NCBI RefSeq assembly: GCF_006345805.1
Contig: NW_021827551.1
Span: forward strand, 1-37,353
Reading direction: 5' to 3'
Origin: Octopus sinensis
Taxonomy: Eukaryota
DNA: 37,353 nucleotides
Both the position numbers and the translations under genes were made by a program. Positions 22,693 to 34,035 of the stretch are shown one piece after another; the stretch's first letter is position 1, and the number at the start of each line of letters is the position of its first letter. The notes beneath the pieces were generated by a model. It did no database searches. It was not told the origin of the DNA and saw only the letters and a list, made by a program, of their open reading frames with translations.

Positions 22693-23024
22693 CGTTTCAA
22701 AATACAACTTAGCTGTGTTATTTATTAATAATCCTACCCACCGTCTTAAAAATTAAATAAGGATCGGATATTTCCCTTACTTATTAGTATAGGTCTGCTC
22801 ATTCAGAGTATACATTGAGATACATAAGAGCTACTAAAATATCAGCAAAACTCTAGTTTATCACATTCATATTAATGCTGTAAGTTTGCTAGCATCTGTA
22901 AGTTTGCTATGTCTTATAAGTTTGCTATGTAGAATCTGTAAGTTTGCTATGTCTTATAAGGGACGCACAGAGTCTAAAATACTGAGATTGCCGTGAATAT
23001 TATGCATTAAATATCTTTTCTTAT

Positions 23025-23656
23025 TTCTTTATTGCCCACAGGGCGATAAATATAGAGGGGACAAACAAGGTATTAAGTCGAGCTGGCAGAAACTTTAGCG
23101 CACCATGCGAAATGCTTAGCGGTATTTCGTCTGTCGCAACGTTCTGAGTTCGAATTCGCCGAGGTCGACTTTGCCTTTCATCGTTTCGGGGTCGATAAAT
23201 TAAGTACCAGTTACGCACTGGGGTCGATGTAATCGACTTAATACCTATGTCTGTCCTTGTTTGTCCCCTCTGTGTTTAGCCCCTTGTGAGCAATAAAGAA
23301 ATAGGTATTAAGTCGATTACATCGACCCCAGTGAGTAACTGGTACCTATTTGATCGAACACGAAAGGATGAAAGGTAAAGTCGACCTCGGTAGAATGTGA
23401 GCTTAGAACGTAACGGCAGACGAAATACATATTTCTTTGCTACCCACAAGGGGCTACACACAGAGGGGACAAACAAGGACAAATAAACGGATTAAGTCGA
23501 TTATATCCACCCTAGTGCGTAACTGGTAATTTTTTAATCGGCCCCGAAAGGATGAAAGGCAAAGTCGACCTTGGCGGAATTTGAACTCAGAACGTAACGG
23601 CAGACGAAATACGGCTACGTATTTCGCCCGGCGTGCTAACGTTTCTGCCAGCTCGC
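23025..23656 (-). mobile_element. Family-M SINE dimer (head plus two tail-B bodies), interrupted by a nested copy
   Basis: Head at 23656-23612. Junction AAAGAAATA|TGTATTTCG at 23429. The second body is split at the duplicated 13-mer and its tail lies at 23068-23025. Confidence 0.85.
23082..23303 (+). mobile_element. Family-M SINE monomer (tail B) nested in opposite orientation, 13-bp TSD
   Basis: GGTATTAAGTCGA is present exactly at 23069-23081 and 23304-23316 and flanks a near-complete copy ending GCAATAAAGAAATA. Confidence 0.92.
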
Positions 23657-23801
23657 AAACTATTCAATATATTTTCTTGCTGCTGTAAACACCGAAGTTG
23701 AAAGATAATGTATAAAATTACACTGACATACACACAGTAAAATTAGTCGTACATTACTACTACAAGGCATAGTATTTCGTCAGATTATTTATGCGTATAT
23801 T

Positions 23802-24010
23802 AAGGCAGCGAACTGGCAGAATCGTCAACATGCCGGGCAAAATATGTTAGCCATGATTCATCCGTCCTCGCGTTCTGAGTTCAATTTCCCCCGAAGACGG
23901 CTTTCCTTTTCATGGTCGAAATAAATAATTACCACTGAAATGCTGAGGTTGATATAATGAGCTAATACCTCCCGCCCAAAAATTGCTGGCCTTGTATCAA
24001 AATCTGAAAC
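23802..24010 (+). mobile_element. Old family-M SINE monomer (tail A type)
   Basis: AAGGCAGCGAACTGGCAGAATCG..CGTTCTGAGTTCAAT..CCCAAAAATTGCTGGCCTTGTATCAAAATCTGAAAC. Confidence 0.8.
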
Positions 24011-24439
24011 TGTTATTTATGTGGACATTAAACGTAATTTTCGATTTATCTATATCTACACTCGCTCGGACATTGGTGTCTCGGACAAAATATTTCCTGG
24101 TAGTCAAGTACCGATTCTTATTTCCTGAGTTCTAATGATGTCGGTGAATTATCGTCCTCAAACTTATATAATAAAGGGCAAATAATATTCAGTAACGGCT
24201 GGCTATTACATACACACATGCGCGTGCGCTGACTGACAGACATATAGATAGATAGTGACATAAATAGATAGATATAATTATAATTTGGGTTCAGCAAAAT
24301 TTGCTTCACTACATACCGAAATTTAGAAACAGCAGTTAAACTACTATTTTACTACCATAAGAAGATAGTATAAATAGATAGATAGAAACATTCATATACA
24401 TACATATATGTTGAGATAAATACATCTGCATACATAAGT

Positions 24440-24503
24440 ATGTAGGTAGGTAGACAAATAGATAGATAGATAATATATAGATAGATAGATAGATAGATAG
24501 ATA

Positions 24504-24539
<36 letters not shown>

Positions 24540-24678
24540 TACGTAGTCGTCATAGGAGAGGAGGGAAAAATATCTTCATAGAAGAGGAGAAGAGGAAACA
24601 AATAGAGAGATATAGATACATACAGAGAGACAGGTAGATACGTAGATAGATAGATAGACAAATATATAGGTAGATATG

Positions 24679-24761
<83 letters not shown>

Positions 24762-24790
24762 ATATATAGATAGAATCATTGATTGATTTA
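24440..24790. repeat. (GATA)n/(GATT)n arrays containing a local duplication
   Basis: GATTGATTTACGTAGTC(G/T)TCATAGGAGA follows each of two (GATA)n blocks, at about 24531 and 24781. Confidence 0.9.
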
Positions 24791-25211
24791 CGTAGTCTTC
24801 ATAGGAGAAGAGGAAACAATACCTCTTCTAATACGTTTATTTAATTCTCTCTTTTTTCTGTGATGAGGCAGGCAGAGGGTGCACATGTAGATGATTACAT
24901 ACGCGACAATGTTCATTATATCCAAGATGAAGAGAGAAAAGATGTTAGATGACGGTAAGATATAAACACCAAAGAAAAAAGAGAACGCAATTGAACTATT
25001 TGACCGCCATTTTATTACTGCTGCCATACAGTCATTTGGTATATATTATAGATAGATAGTCATTTGGTGCATATTATATATATATATATATATATATACC
25101 TTGAAACAGATATAAGAAATAATGTTCACTCGGTGAAACTTGAACTTCTAAAGTACTTTGGCAGAAGTAACAAAGATATTATTCATGCTAAAATATCGAT
25201 GAATTCTCACG

Positions 25212-25219
<8 letters not shown>

Positions 25220-25265
<46 letters not shown>

Positions 25266-25418
25266 GTGGTGTGTGTGTGTGTTTGTGTATGTGTGTGTAC
25301 ACACATATATGTACATAAGTGTGTTATATATAACTACATGCGCTTGTGTATATGTAGTCATATTTCTATTCACATATATATACATATATATACATATACA
25401 TATATATATATACATATA

Positions 25419-25469
<51 letters not shown>

Positions 25470-25500
25470 ATATATATATTATATACATATTTCTTTATAT
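25220..25500. repeat. Compound (TA)n/(TG)n microsatellite
   Basis: Read directly. Confidence 0.9.
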
Positions 25501-25554
25501 AATATCCGTTTTTATTTCGCATATATAACGCATATATATTTCATGTTATGTTTG

Positions 25555-25860
25555 GTCAATCCTAAAGAGAAAAACAAGGTGTGATAAGATTTCAATGAAA
25601 TAATCTCGTACATTTCTTCTCCGTATATTTCTTATCACCTTTCATTTCTTACTTGTTCCTGATTCGTTTATAAACTATTCAACTACATAAAAAGAGATTT
25701 TCTTTCTTTCTTTCTTTCCCGTTTGTTTTTTTTCTTTTTTGCTGTTATTTTGCTAAGTATATATATATTTCTTTTTCATATATTTTTCTTTTTCATTATT
25801 TGCGCAATGCAGCTTTGTATTCAAACATCTTTCATCCTCTTCCGTTATTTTTTTTCATAA
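25555..25860. repeat. Unclassified dispersed repeat, copy 1
   Basis: Collinear with 28983-29230. Shared blocks: CAATC(C/T)TAA(A/G)GAGAAAA, TAATCTCGTAC, TTTCTTATCACCTTT, TGCGCAATGCAGCTT(T/A)GTATT(C/G)AAACATCT. Confidence 0.8.
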
Positions 25861-26199
25861 CTTTTTTTCTTTTTACTGATTAATTGTGCGCAAAATTGTT
25901 AGTAAAGATAAACGGGATGGAGATGGTAGGGAAATATATTGGCAAATTCATTAATAAAAGCAGTGCAAAATGTAATATTTGCTGGTTTAATATGTCGTAG
26001 CTACAAAGTAACACAAAGTGTGTCCGATGATTAATAGTGCATTTTGCCTGGAATATATATATATATACATACAATTGCTTATTTTGTGCAAGAAGATATA
26101 ACTGTATGCCCATATGTGGAGATAGAAATTCAAACATAGGTGTTAATATATATCTACATGCACAGCCATACATCCTCATAATTATATATGTATTAATGC

Positions 26200-26346
26200 A
26201 TGTATGTATATATATATAGAAATGTGTGTGTTTGTGTGTGTAGAGCTGTATATGTTTGATAGTGTGGATTTGTATCTAACTATATTTATGTATATGAAGA
26301 GGCATATTGCGTATTTACATAAGATGTACATACATCTCTCTCTCTT

Positions 26347-26382
<36 letters not shown>

Positions 26383-26720
26383 GTATGTGTATACTTATAT
26401 ACACATATATATACATCTATATACATATATATATACATATTTATACATATATATATAAGTGATTATATATATATATATATATATATATAAATATGTATAT
26501 ACATATGTGTATATATATATACTCACACACACACTCGCACACAAACATAAACACACACACACAAATATATATCTATGTATCCGTCGCGTTCTCTCTCTCA
26601 CTCTCTGAATGTCTGTATGAATTTGGGTGTGTGCATGCATATTTTGTGGTGGGTATATATTAGTGTGTGTATAGAATTGCGTGTGTATATGTGTTTCTCT
26701 ATGGGTGTGTGTGCAGGGAT
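26200..26720. repeat. Microsatellite mosaic (TA/TG/CA/CT)
   Basis: Read directly. Confidence 0.85.
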
Positions 26721-27032
26721 GGGTGTATTTACATTATTCCCCACATCTAATCTTATTATCATTACAGTAATTCATAGCCGCAGGTGAAACAATTTTCCGT
26801 TACATCTCCAAAAGAAGGTGACGGACATTCCAATATTAATTTAGGTGGAGATAATTTGTGTTATTATAGTTTCCCTGCATATTTATTTAGTTACCACATA
26901 CATAAAACTTTTTCTTGCTTAATAACATTTACAAGTTAATTTGTGCAGGTTATTCCATTGCGTGCTACTATATAAATGTATAAGTATGTATATGTATGCG
27001 TGTGGTTAATGCGCATATATGGATGCATATAT

Positions 27033-27094
<62 letters not shown>

Positions 27095-28128
27095 GTGTAT
27101 GTATGTAAGGGGACAAGAAATTGGAAATGTTTAGGTATGATTTTTTGAACCATTACAGGTGTTTCATTTGCTGATAGGAATGACAAAATTTTGCATAAAT
27201 GTTAGATGTGTAAGGAACTTTCTATTAAGAATCTGTCAAGCAGAAGAATTAAAGGATATTACATGTATATATATATATAAATATATATATATATAGTTCC
27301 AATTTACAGAAAACTAGAAACGAGGACAGGTGTAGGAAAAAGGAGCAGATGATTTAATTTGAAGATTGGGAAGAATTAAAACATTTTCTTAGGCATCGAA
27401 CTTAAGTTCTTCACTAGAAATGATTCAGAAGAAAAAGAACAGAGTGAGATTGAAGCAAACGTAAAGAGAAAAAGATGAGTTCTAATTTACAGAACCCAAA
27501 AGATGAAAACAGGTGCAGGAACATAAGACATGCGTAGTAGTTTAACGCTGGGGATGAATAAAAAAAGTCGTTTACGTTCGAGGTTTTGCACTTCGACATA
27601 AAAGGAGAAGGAATGAAAAAGATGGAGAAAGAAAACAAATGTGAGTGCATCCCAAATTAATTAAGGGATTGTCTCATATTATTTTTGTTGCTGTTGTTAT
27701 TATTATTATTACTAATACTATTATTTTTAATAATAGCACTATTATTTTTAGTTTTTCAGGCTTTAGGATTTAGTTTTCTTAGTTTGTAATTTGAAGTTAA
27801 TTTTAATTCTTAATCCTTTAGTTCGTATCATTTAATCGCTATTAAACTTGAAGTATATATTTAAATATCTGTTCTGACCAGGAAACTATTGTCCTTTGTG
27901 ATCTTACCTCAATTGGCTCACTACACATTTGTGAAATTTTAACGTAGTATCTCTCATATATATACATACATGTTTATGAATATATAAGTAAGTGTAACGT
28001 CAGTATTGCATCGGTGTGAGGGATCATACGTTAAAATTTCACAAATGCGTGGTGATCCAATCGAGGTAAGATCACGAATGTATACAAACATGTGTGTATA
28101 TATATATATCGTAGCATTTTTCAAACCT

Positions 28129-28374
28129 AACCAAGCTCATATGGCGTATGTGTTTCCCACAGCTGGACAGGACGCCAGTCCATCGCAGCGATACTCAAGA
28201 AACAGTAAGAGAGAGTGAGAGAAAGTTGGAGCGAAAGAATACAACAGGGCTCTCGCAGGTCGTGGAGCTTTTAGGTTTTTTCGCTCAATAAACACACACA
28301 AAGCATGGGAATCAAAACCACGATCCTCCAAGCGCGAGTTCGCAGCCCTAACCACTGGGCCATTGCGCTTCCAC
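28129..28374 (-). mobile_element. Family-R SINE with tail Z (V-domain-like), internally deleted
   Basis: Same tRNA-Arg-like head (AATGGCCCAGTGGTTAGGGCTGCGAACTCGCG). Continues into CGCTGCGATGGACTGGCGTCCTGTCCAGCTG, which resembles the V-SINE conserved domain as I recall it (unverified). Confidence 0.8.
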
Positions 28375-28381
28375 GTATATA

Positions 28382-28846
28382 TACTCTTTTACTATTTTAC
28401 TTGTTACAGTATTTGACTGCGGCCATCGTGTAGCACTGCCTTAGGTCGAGAAAATCGACCCCAAGTTTTACTTTTTGTAAGCCTAGTTCTTATTCTATCA
28501 GTGTTTTGCCGAACCATTATGTTACGGGGACGTAAACACACCAGCATAGGTTGTAAAGCGATGTTGGTGTACAAACAGACACACAAATATATACACGCAC
28601 ACACACACACACACATGTATTCTCTCTCATACACACACATATATATATATATACGACGGGCTTCTTTCAGTTTCCGTCTAGCAAATCCACTAACAATGCT
28701 TTGGTCGGCCCGAGAATATAGTAGAAGACACATGCCCGAGGTGCCACGCGGTGGGACTGAACCCGGAACCATGTGGCTGGTTAGCAAGCTACTTACCACA
28801 CGGCCAATCCTGCGCCTATATACACACAGCCACTTCTGCGCCTATA
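28382..28846 (-). mobile_element. Family-C SINE, full length, with duplicated 5' end
   Basis: Same architecture as the other family-C copies. The first 24 nt of the head occur twice (28797-28820 and 28823-28846). Confidence 0.9.
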
Positions 28847-28848
28847 TA

Positions 28849-28881
<33 letters not shown>

Positions 28882-28982
28882 CTCACACATGCATGCAAGT
28901 ATATGTGTGTTTGTGTGTGTGTGTGAGAGAGAGAGAGAGATAAAGAGAGAGAGAGAGAGAGAGACCATGAAGACGTACTTCG

Positions 28983-29230
28983 CCAATCTTAAGGAGAAAA
29001 CAAGGAGCGATAACATTTCAAAGAAGTAATCTCGTACGCTCCTTCTCCATATATTTCTAATTTCTTATCACCTTTGATTTGTTACATCGTCATGATTCAT
29101 TTGCAAACGATTCAATAACATGGGAAATGTCTTTCAGTATATAAATTCTCTCTTTTTTTTCTCTAGTAATTGCGCAATGCAGCTTAGTATTGAAACATCT
29201 ATTCTAGTCTTTGATAATTTTATTTCATTA
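28983..29230. repeat. Unclassified dispersed repeat, copy 2
   Basis: See 25555-25860. Confidence 0.8.
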
Positions 29231-29261
29231 TATCCGGGCTCCTGCTGAATATATGACCAGC

Positions 29262-29298
<37 letters not shown>

Positions 29299-29396
29299 GT
29301 ATGTATGTATGAATGTATAATATATATATATACATACATGCATACATACATACATGCATGCATGCATACACACATACACGCACACACGCACATATA

Positions 29397-29445
<49 letters not shown>

Positions 29446-29452
29446 CATACAT

Positions 29453-29505
<53 letters not shown>
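29262..29505. repeat. Compound (TA)n/(CATA)n/(CA)n microsatellite
   Basis: Read directly. Confidence 0.95.
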
Positions 29506-29509
<4 letters not shown>

Positions 29510-30406
29510 TTCAAACAACCTTAGGGGAAAACAGTCTTATGTATAAATTTTATGAAATGTATACAATGTTAGAACTGCTCTGCCTGTAATATTCCAATTC
29601 AAAGGATACTCTCTATGCTTATGCAAAATACAGATCATCGCCGAGAAATATGTAGGATTGCCGCACGAAGACTAAGTCCTTTTATCGTCAAATCCAACAC
29701 GAATTACCTTGATATCAGAACCTAAACCGAAAATATTTGTTTCTATATACACATCAGTAAATGAAACAGGAACTGCTTCTACGAATATTCTTCAACGTAG
29801 AATGTAAGTTATATGCGCAATTGAAAGATCTTAAGTTTAAAATGCCAGGATTTATAATACTCATATTGTGTATGTCAACCAGGAATTTCTCTTCCTGTAT
29901 TGGAGATACTTTTGAAAAATACTCCTAGACAAAATCATGCATTTACTCAAACATGGCGTTTCGATCTTATTTGCTCTTCTAAATATAGAATGCTACAGTT
30001 ATTGTAAGTCCAGATGAAAATATATAGAACAAATTATGGTCCGGTGGATACAAAATTCACTAACACATACGGGTAGTCAAAACCGTTGCGACACTTTAAT
30101 ACAAAACCTTCCAGCCCGTGTCCGCCAAAATCCGTGGTTGCTTTGGCTGACTTAATGATACGCTTGGTGTCAAAAAGTGACTATCCATATTTCCAACCAT
30201 ACAGTACTCCGAATGGAAAAGACACGACATTGTATTCAGCGTAGACTATAATGTATTTGCTTTAGATGTGCAGTGTATGAGTAAGATTGCAAATAGAATA
30301 AATGATTGTTGTTTTCTTCCAATGCTTTATTTATTAACACTGTCAGAACGAAAGCCATATTTTCGTCTCCAGTATTTGAAATTAAAGGCCAACCAGCAGG
30401 AATAAG

Positions 30407-30951
30407 GGTTTCAAATTTTTAAACAAAATTTTGGAGAAGGGATTAGGTCTGTTATACTGACTCCAAAATGATGAATGGCAAATTCAACCTCGGTGGAATT
30501 TTGATCTCAGAACATAGCGGTTGACGAAATACCTGTTTCTTTATGATCAACAAGGAGCTAAAAACAGAGGGGACGAACAAGGACAGATAAAGGTATTAAG
30601 TCGATTACATCGACACCAGTGTGCAACTGGTACTTAATATATCGACCTCAAAATGATGAAAGGCAAAGTCGACCTTGGCTGAATTTGATCTCAGAACATA
30701 GCGGTTGACGAAATACCTGTTTCTTTACTACCCACAAGGGGCTAAACACAGAGGAGACAAACAAGGACAGACAAACGGCTTAAGTCGATTACATTGACTC
30801 CAGTGTGTAACTGGTACTTATTTAATCGACCCCCAAAAGGATGAAAGGCAAAGTCGACCTCGGCGGAATTTGAACTCAGAACGTAACGGCAGACGAAATA
30901 CCGCAAAGCATTTCGCCCGGGGTGCTAACATTTCTGTCAGCTCGCCGCCTT
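30407..30951 (-). mobile_element. Family-M SINE trimer: head, tail-B body, tail-B body, tail-A body
   Basis: GGTATT junctions at 30902, 30717 and 30533 (periods 185 and 184). The last body ends ..CTCCAAAATTTTGTTTAAAAATTTGAAACC. Confidence 0.88.
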
Positions 30952-31798
30952 CAGCAAGCAGGAATTATGACGGCAATCCACTTCTCCAAAGCACTAACAA
31001 TTTTCAAGTTATTAAACCCTGTGAATTTACATACGGATTTGTAGATATTGCCCATTTTATTAATTGTTTTAGATGTTAACTAAAAGACTCTCCTGACATA
31101 GTTTTATCGTGCTGAATATTATGATTATAACGTAACTTCTTCTGCGTGTGTTTCGATTTCTATGGTGCACGTTAGAAAATATTTGATCGTGTCATAGATT
31201 TTCGGATAAAGTTTTGGTTAGATTTTCCATTGCTTTATTACGTGGTACGGCTTTCAAGCGAAACATTCGAATTGGATTCGTAATGTAAAAAACTTACGAC
31301 TATGTGTTCAAATATTTTTACATTGTTACATAAGCCGAAAGCGCAACACTCCACCACATATGACGGAGTGATAAAATAATAGGTGAAATATATACGTTAT
31401 TAGGCTAAATCAGAGACATTTGTAATTAGTTATAAGATGATTTGAACTCAGCTAACATTTACTTTAGATCTCTATGATTACAGGTTCTTAATTTAACGTT
31501 GGATACGGGTGTACATTCAACGAATATTTATGACTATAATCGACGGTTAGAAATCGTATGTAGAATCAGTAGAGCAGTAAAGAGAATACCTTGTGAAATA
31601 CATTTACGTGCCATTGAGTTCTGAGATCTGTGGCCTAGAGATTCGAGATTTCCTTTCATCTGTTCCACGGTCGATAAAATATGTACCGGCCAAGCACTTC
31701 CAATGATCTAATAAACCATACGCTTCCACAGATTCCGGATATACATGATTGCAGTGAATGTGTAGGTATTAGGAGTATCGTTGTGGTACTGTATTGAA

Positions 31799-31953
31799 AA
31801 ACTTACGCTAATGTTTCCGGATCTCTGTGTAATAAGATTAAATCCCGATTAGTACAAATTCCATATAGGCAGTATTGTTATTTCCCTGTGTAACAGAAAC
31901 TTACGTAAGGAATCCGCATCTCTGTGCAATAACATCAAATCTCGATTAGGACA
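31799..31953. repeat. Diverged direct repeat, period 98 bp
   Basis: 31799-31856 vs 31897-31953: 48 of 58 aligned columns identical by hand alignment. Confidence 0.85.
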
Positions 31954-31986
31954 GGTTTGCGTTTTAGGGGTGTATAAATAAAATGT

Positions 31987-32297
31987 GGAGGCGCAATGAC
32001 CCAGTGGTTAGAGCAGTGGACTCGCGGTCATAGGATCGCGGTTTCGATTCCCAGACTGGGCGTTGTGAGTGTTTATTGAGCGAAAATACCTAAAGCTCCA
32101 CGAGGCTCCAACCAGGGGGTAGTGGCGATCTCTGCTGTACTCTTTCGCCACAACTTTCTCTCAATCTTTCTTTTGTTGGCCTACTCGGTTAGCCAGCGGG
32201 GTGGCGTCATTTGAAGGCTAAAACAATGCGAAGTGCATTGTGACCAGCGATGGGTAGCAACATCTGATAGCCTGGTCGGACACGGTGACACGGTGAT
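31987..32297 (+). mobile_element. Family-R SINE with tail Y
   Basis: GGAGGCGCAATGACCCAGTGGTTAGAGCAGTGGACTCGCGGTC..GGTTTCGATTCCC; ends (CACGGTGA)2. Confidence 0.92.
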
Positions 32298-32636
32298 AAA
32301 TAACATATTCGTAAAAGTTGCTGTTGTGAAGAAACATTAGTTACGAATAAGCACTAACAAATGTATTCCAATGCTCCAGAAAACAAGGTGGACTTCGTTT
32401 CCACTATAACAAATGAAGTCCAAACTGAAAATATCTTGATTACTGAACATGAATTTAGTAAAGAGAAATACTGCGGATGCAGAATCAGGGACGAATATAA
32501 ACTTGATCAGCGCAAGTGTAGATCTATTTCGTTTAATTTCATCGTACATATTTTTCTTTTTTTTAATTTCGTGTAAATATTTGTTTGTCATAAATATTCA
32601 GTATCAAACATAATTACAAGTATTTTATTCTATATG

Positions 32637-33021
32637 GGATGGAAGCACTCCGTCGGTTACGACGACGAGGGTTCCGGTTGATCCGATCAACGGAACAGCC
32701 TGTTCGTAAAATTAACGTGTAAGTGGCTGAGCACTCCACAGACACGTGTACACTTAACGTAGTTCTCGGGGATATTCAGCGTGACACAGAGAGTGACAAG
32801 GCCGACCCTTTGAAATACAGGTACAACAGAAACAGGAAGTAAGAGTAAGAGAAAGTTGTGGTGAAAGAGTACAGCAGGGATCACCACCATCCCCTGCCGG
32901 AGCCTCGTGGAGCTTTAGGTGTTTTCGCTCAATAAACACTCACAACGCCCGGTCTGGGAATCGAAACCGCGATCCTATGACCGCGGGTCCGCTGCCCTAA
33001 CCACTGGGCCATTGCGCCTCC
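32637..33021 (-). mobile_element. Family-R SINE with tail X, well preserved
   Basis: A-box-like TGGCCCAGTGG and B-box-like GGTTTCGATTCC. Tail ends GGAACCCTCGTCGTCGTAACCGACGGAGTGCTTCC. Confidence 0.92.
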
Positions 33022-33983
33022 TTTATTCTATATAACTTCCAGGATTTGTGGTGGATAATGGATTGTCCATCCTTATTGTTAAGTTCTCTAGTTGCCAGAT
33101 TTGTTAGAGAGTTGCTAAAATACTTTCTTCCGATTGTTCATAATCTGATATCAAAACCTCTTGAAGTCAACTTTCGATTCATTCTTCTACGAGAAGCAAT
33201 TAAATTTTGTGCCCTATTCGCATCACTTGCTTCTCAAGAAAATACACCGAATTATTTTACTTGATACAACAGTAAATTTTAATGTTTCATCTTATATATG
33301 CGTGTGTGCTTGTATATGTATGTCTCTATGTGTCTGTGTTACTGCGTGTCTGTGTGCATATATAGGGGTCTTGAGTGCTCTTTCTTCGTGGATTTATACA
33401 CTCTGTGAAACAAATATTTTACGCCATGTCATTTATTATACATGCGGACCACTGCTAAGTAATTATTTAATAATAATTTTAACCCATATATATATATATG
33501 AGTAAGTTAGAGGTTCAGAAACCAACTAAGGTATCGTATCCAACCAATATTGCGGATAGTGTACCCAATTATTCATAGTCAAGTGCTAGTTTTATATATA
33601 TAGAGAGAGAGGGGGGGATAATTTCCGTGAAAAGCATGGGAAAATATCCTATTTTCACTGGTACTTCAGTTAAATGCAACAATATAGTAGAAAAAAAATC
33701 CGAACTTAAAATGGTATAATTTCAATATACAGCTATTAAAGGAAATAGAGGAATACAATTGATATATTATAAACCATAAGTATGCTATAAAAGGATATAA
33801 TATAATATAACAAATAATTAAAACAAATATATATGCTACAAATTGTTTCGATTCGTATCCAATACTGAATTTATGAAAAAGAATAATAACATTCATACAT
33901 ATGCATCTCGTCTCGGTAATATTTGTCCCCAAAATACATACAATTCCATGCAAGAACTGTTGTCAATTGTAATTCTCTTATGC

Positions 33984-34035
<52 letters not shown>

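Noticed and set aside
22879-22960. Short irregular repeats of TAAGTTTGCTA
   Set aside because: Small slippage-type duplication. The shared AGAATCTGT with the 23-bp minisatellite is too short to imply a relationship.
27295-27521. Degenerate ~45-bp direct repeat (AGTTC(C/T)AATTTACAGAA..ACAGGTG(T/C)AGGAA) about 183 bp apart
   Set aside because: Real but only two short copies with no interpretable structure; probably an old local duplication.
29949-29983. Hammerhead-like TAGAAGAG..CGAAACGCCATGTT on the minus strand
   Set aside because: The first two core bases are wrong and helix II does not pair. At best it is an unrecognisable relic.
32361-32576. 71-aa ORF with a YCGCRIRDEYKLDQRKC segment faintly like an EGF module
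   Set aside because: Cysteine spacing is incomplete, there are no convincing splice sites, and it is sandwiched between two SINEs.
32941-33021. tRNA gene-like sequence (also at 11200-11283, 28300-28374 and 31987-32065)
   Set aside because: A- and B-box-like motifs are present, but there is no closed acceptor stem and each continues into a SINE body. These are SINE heads.
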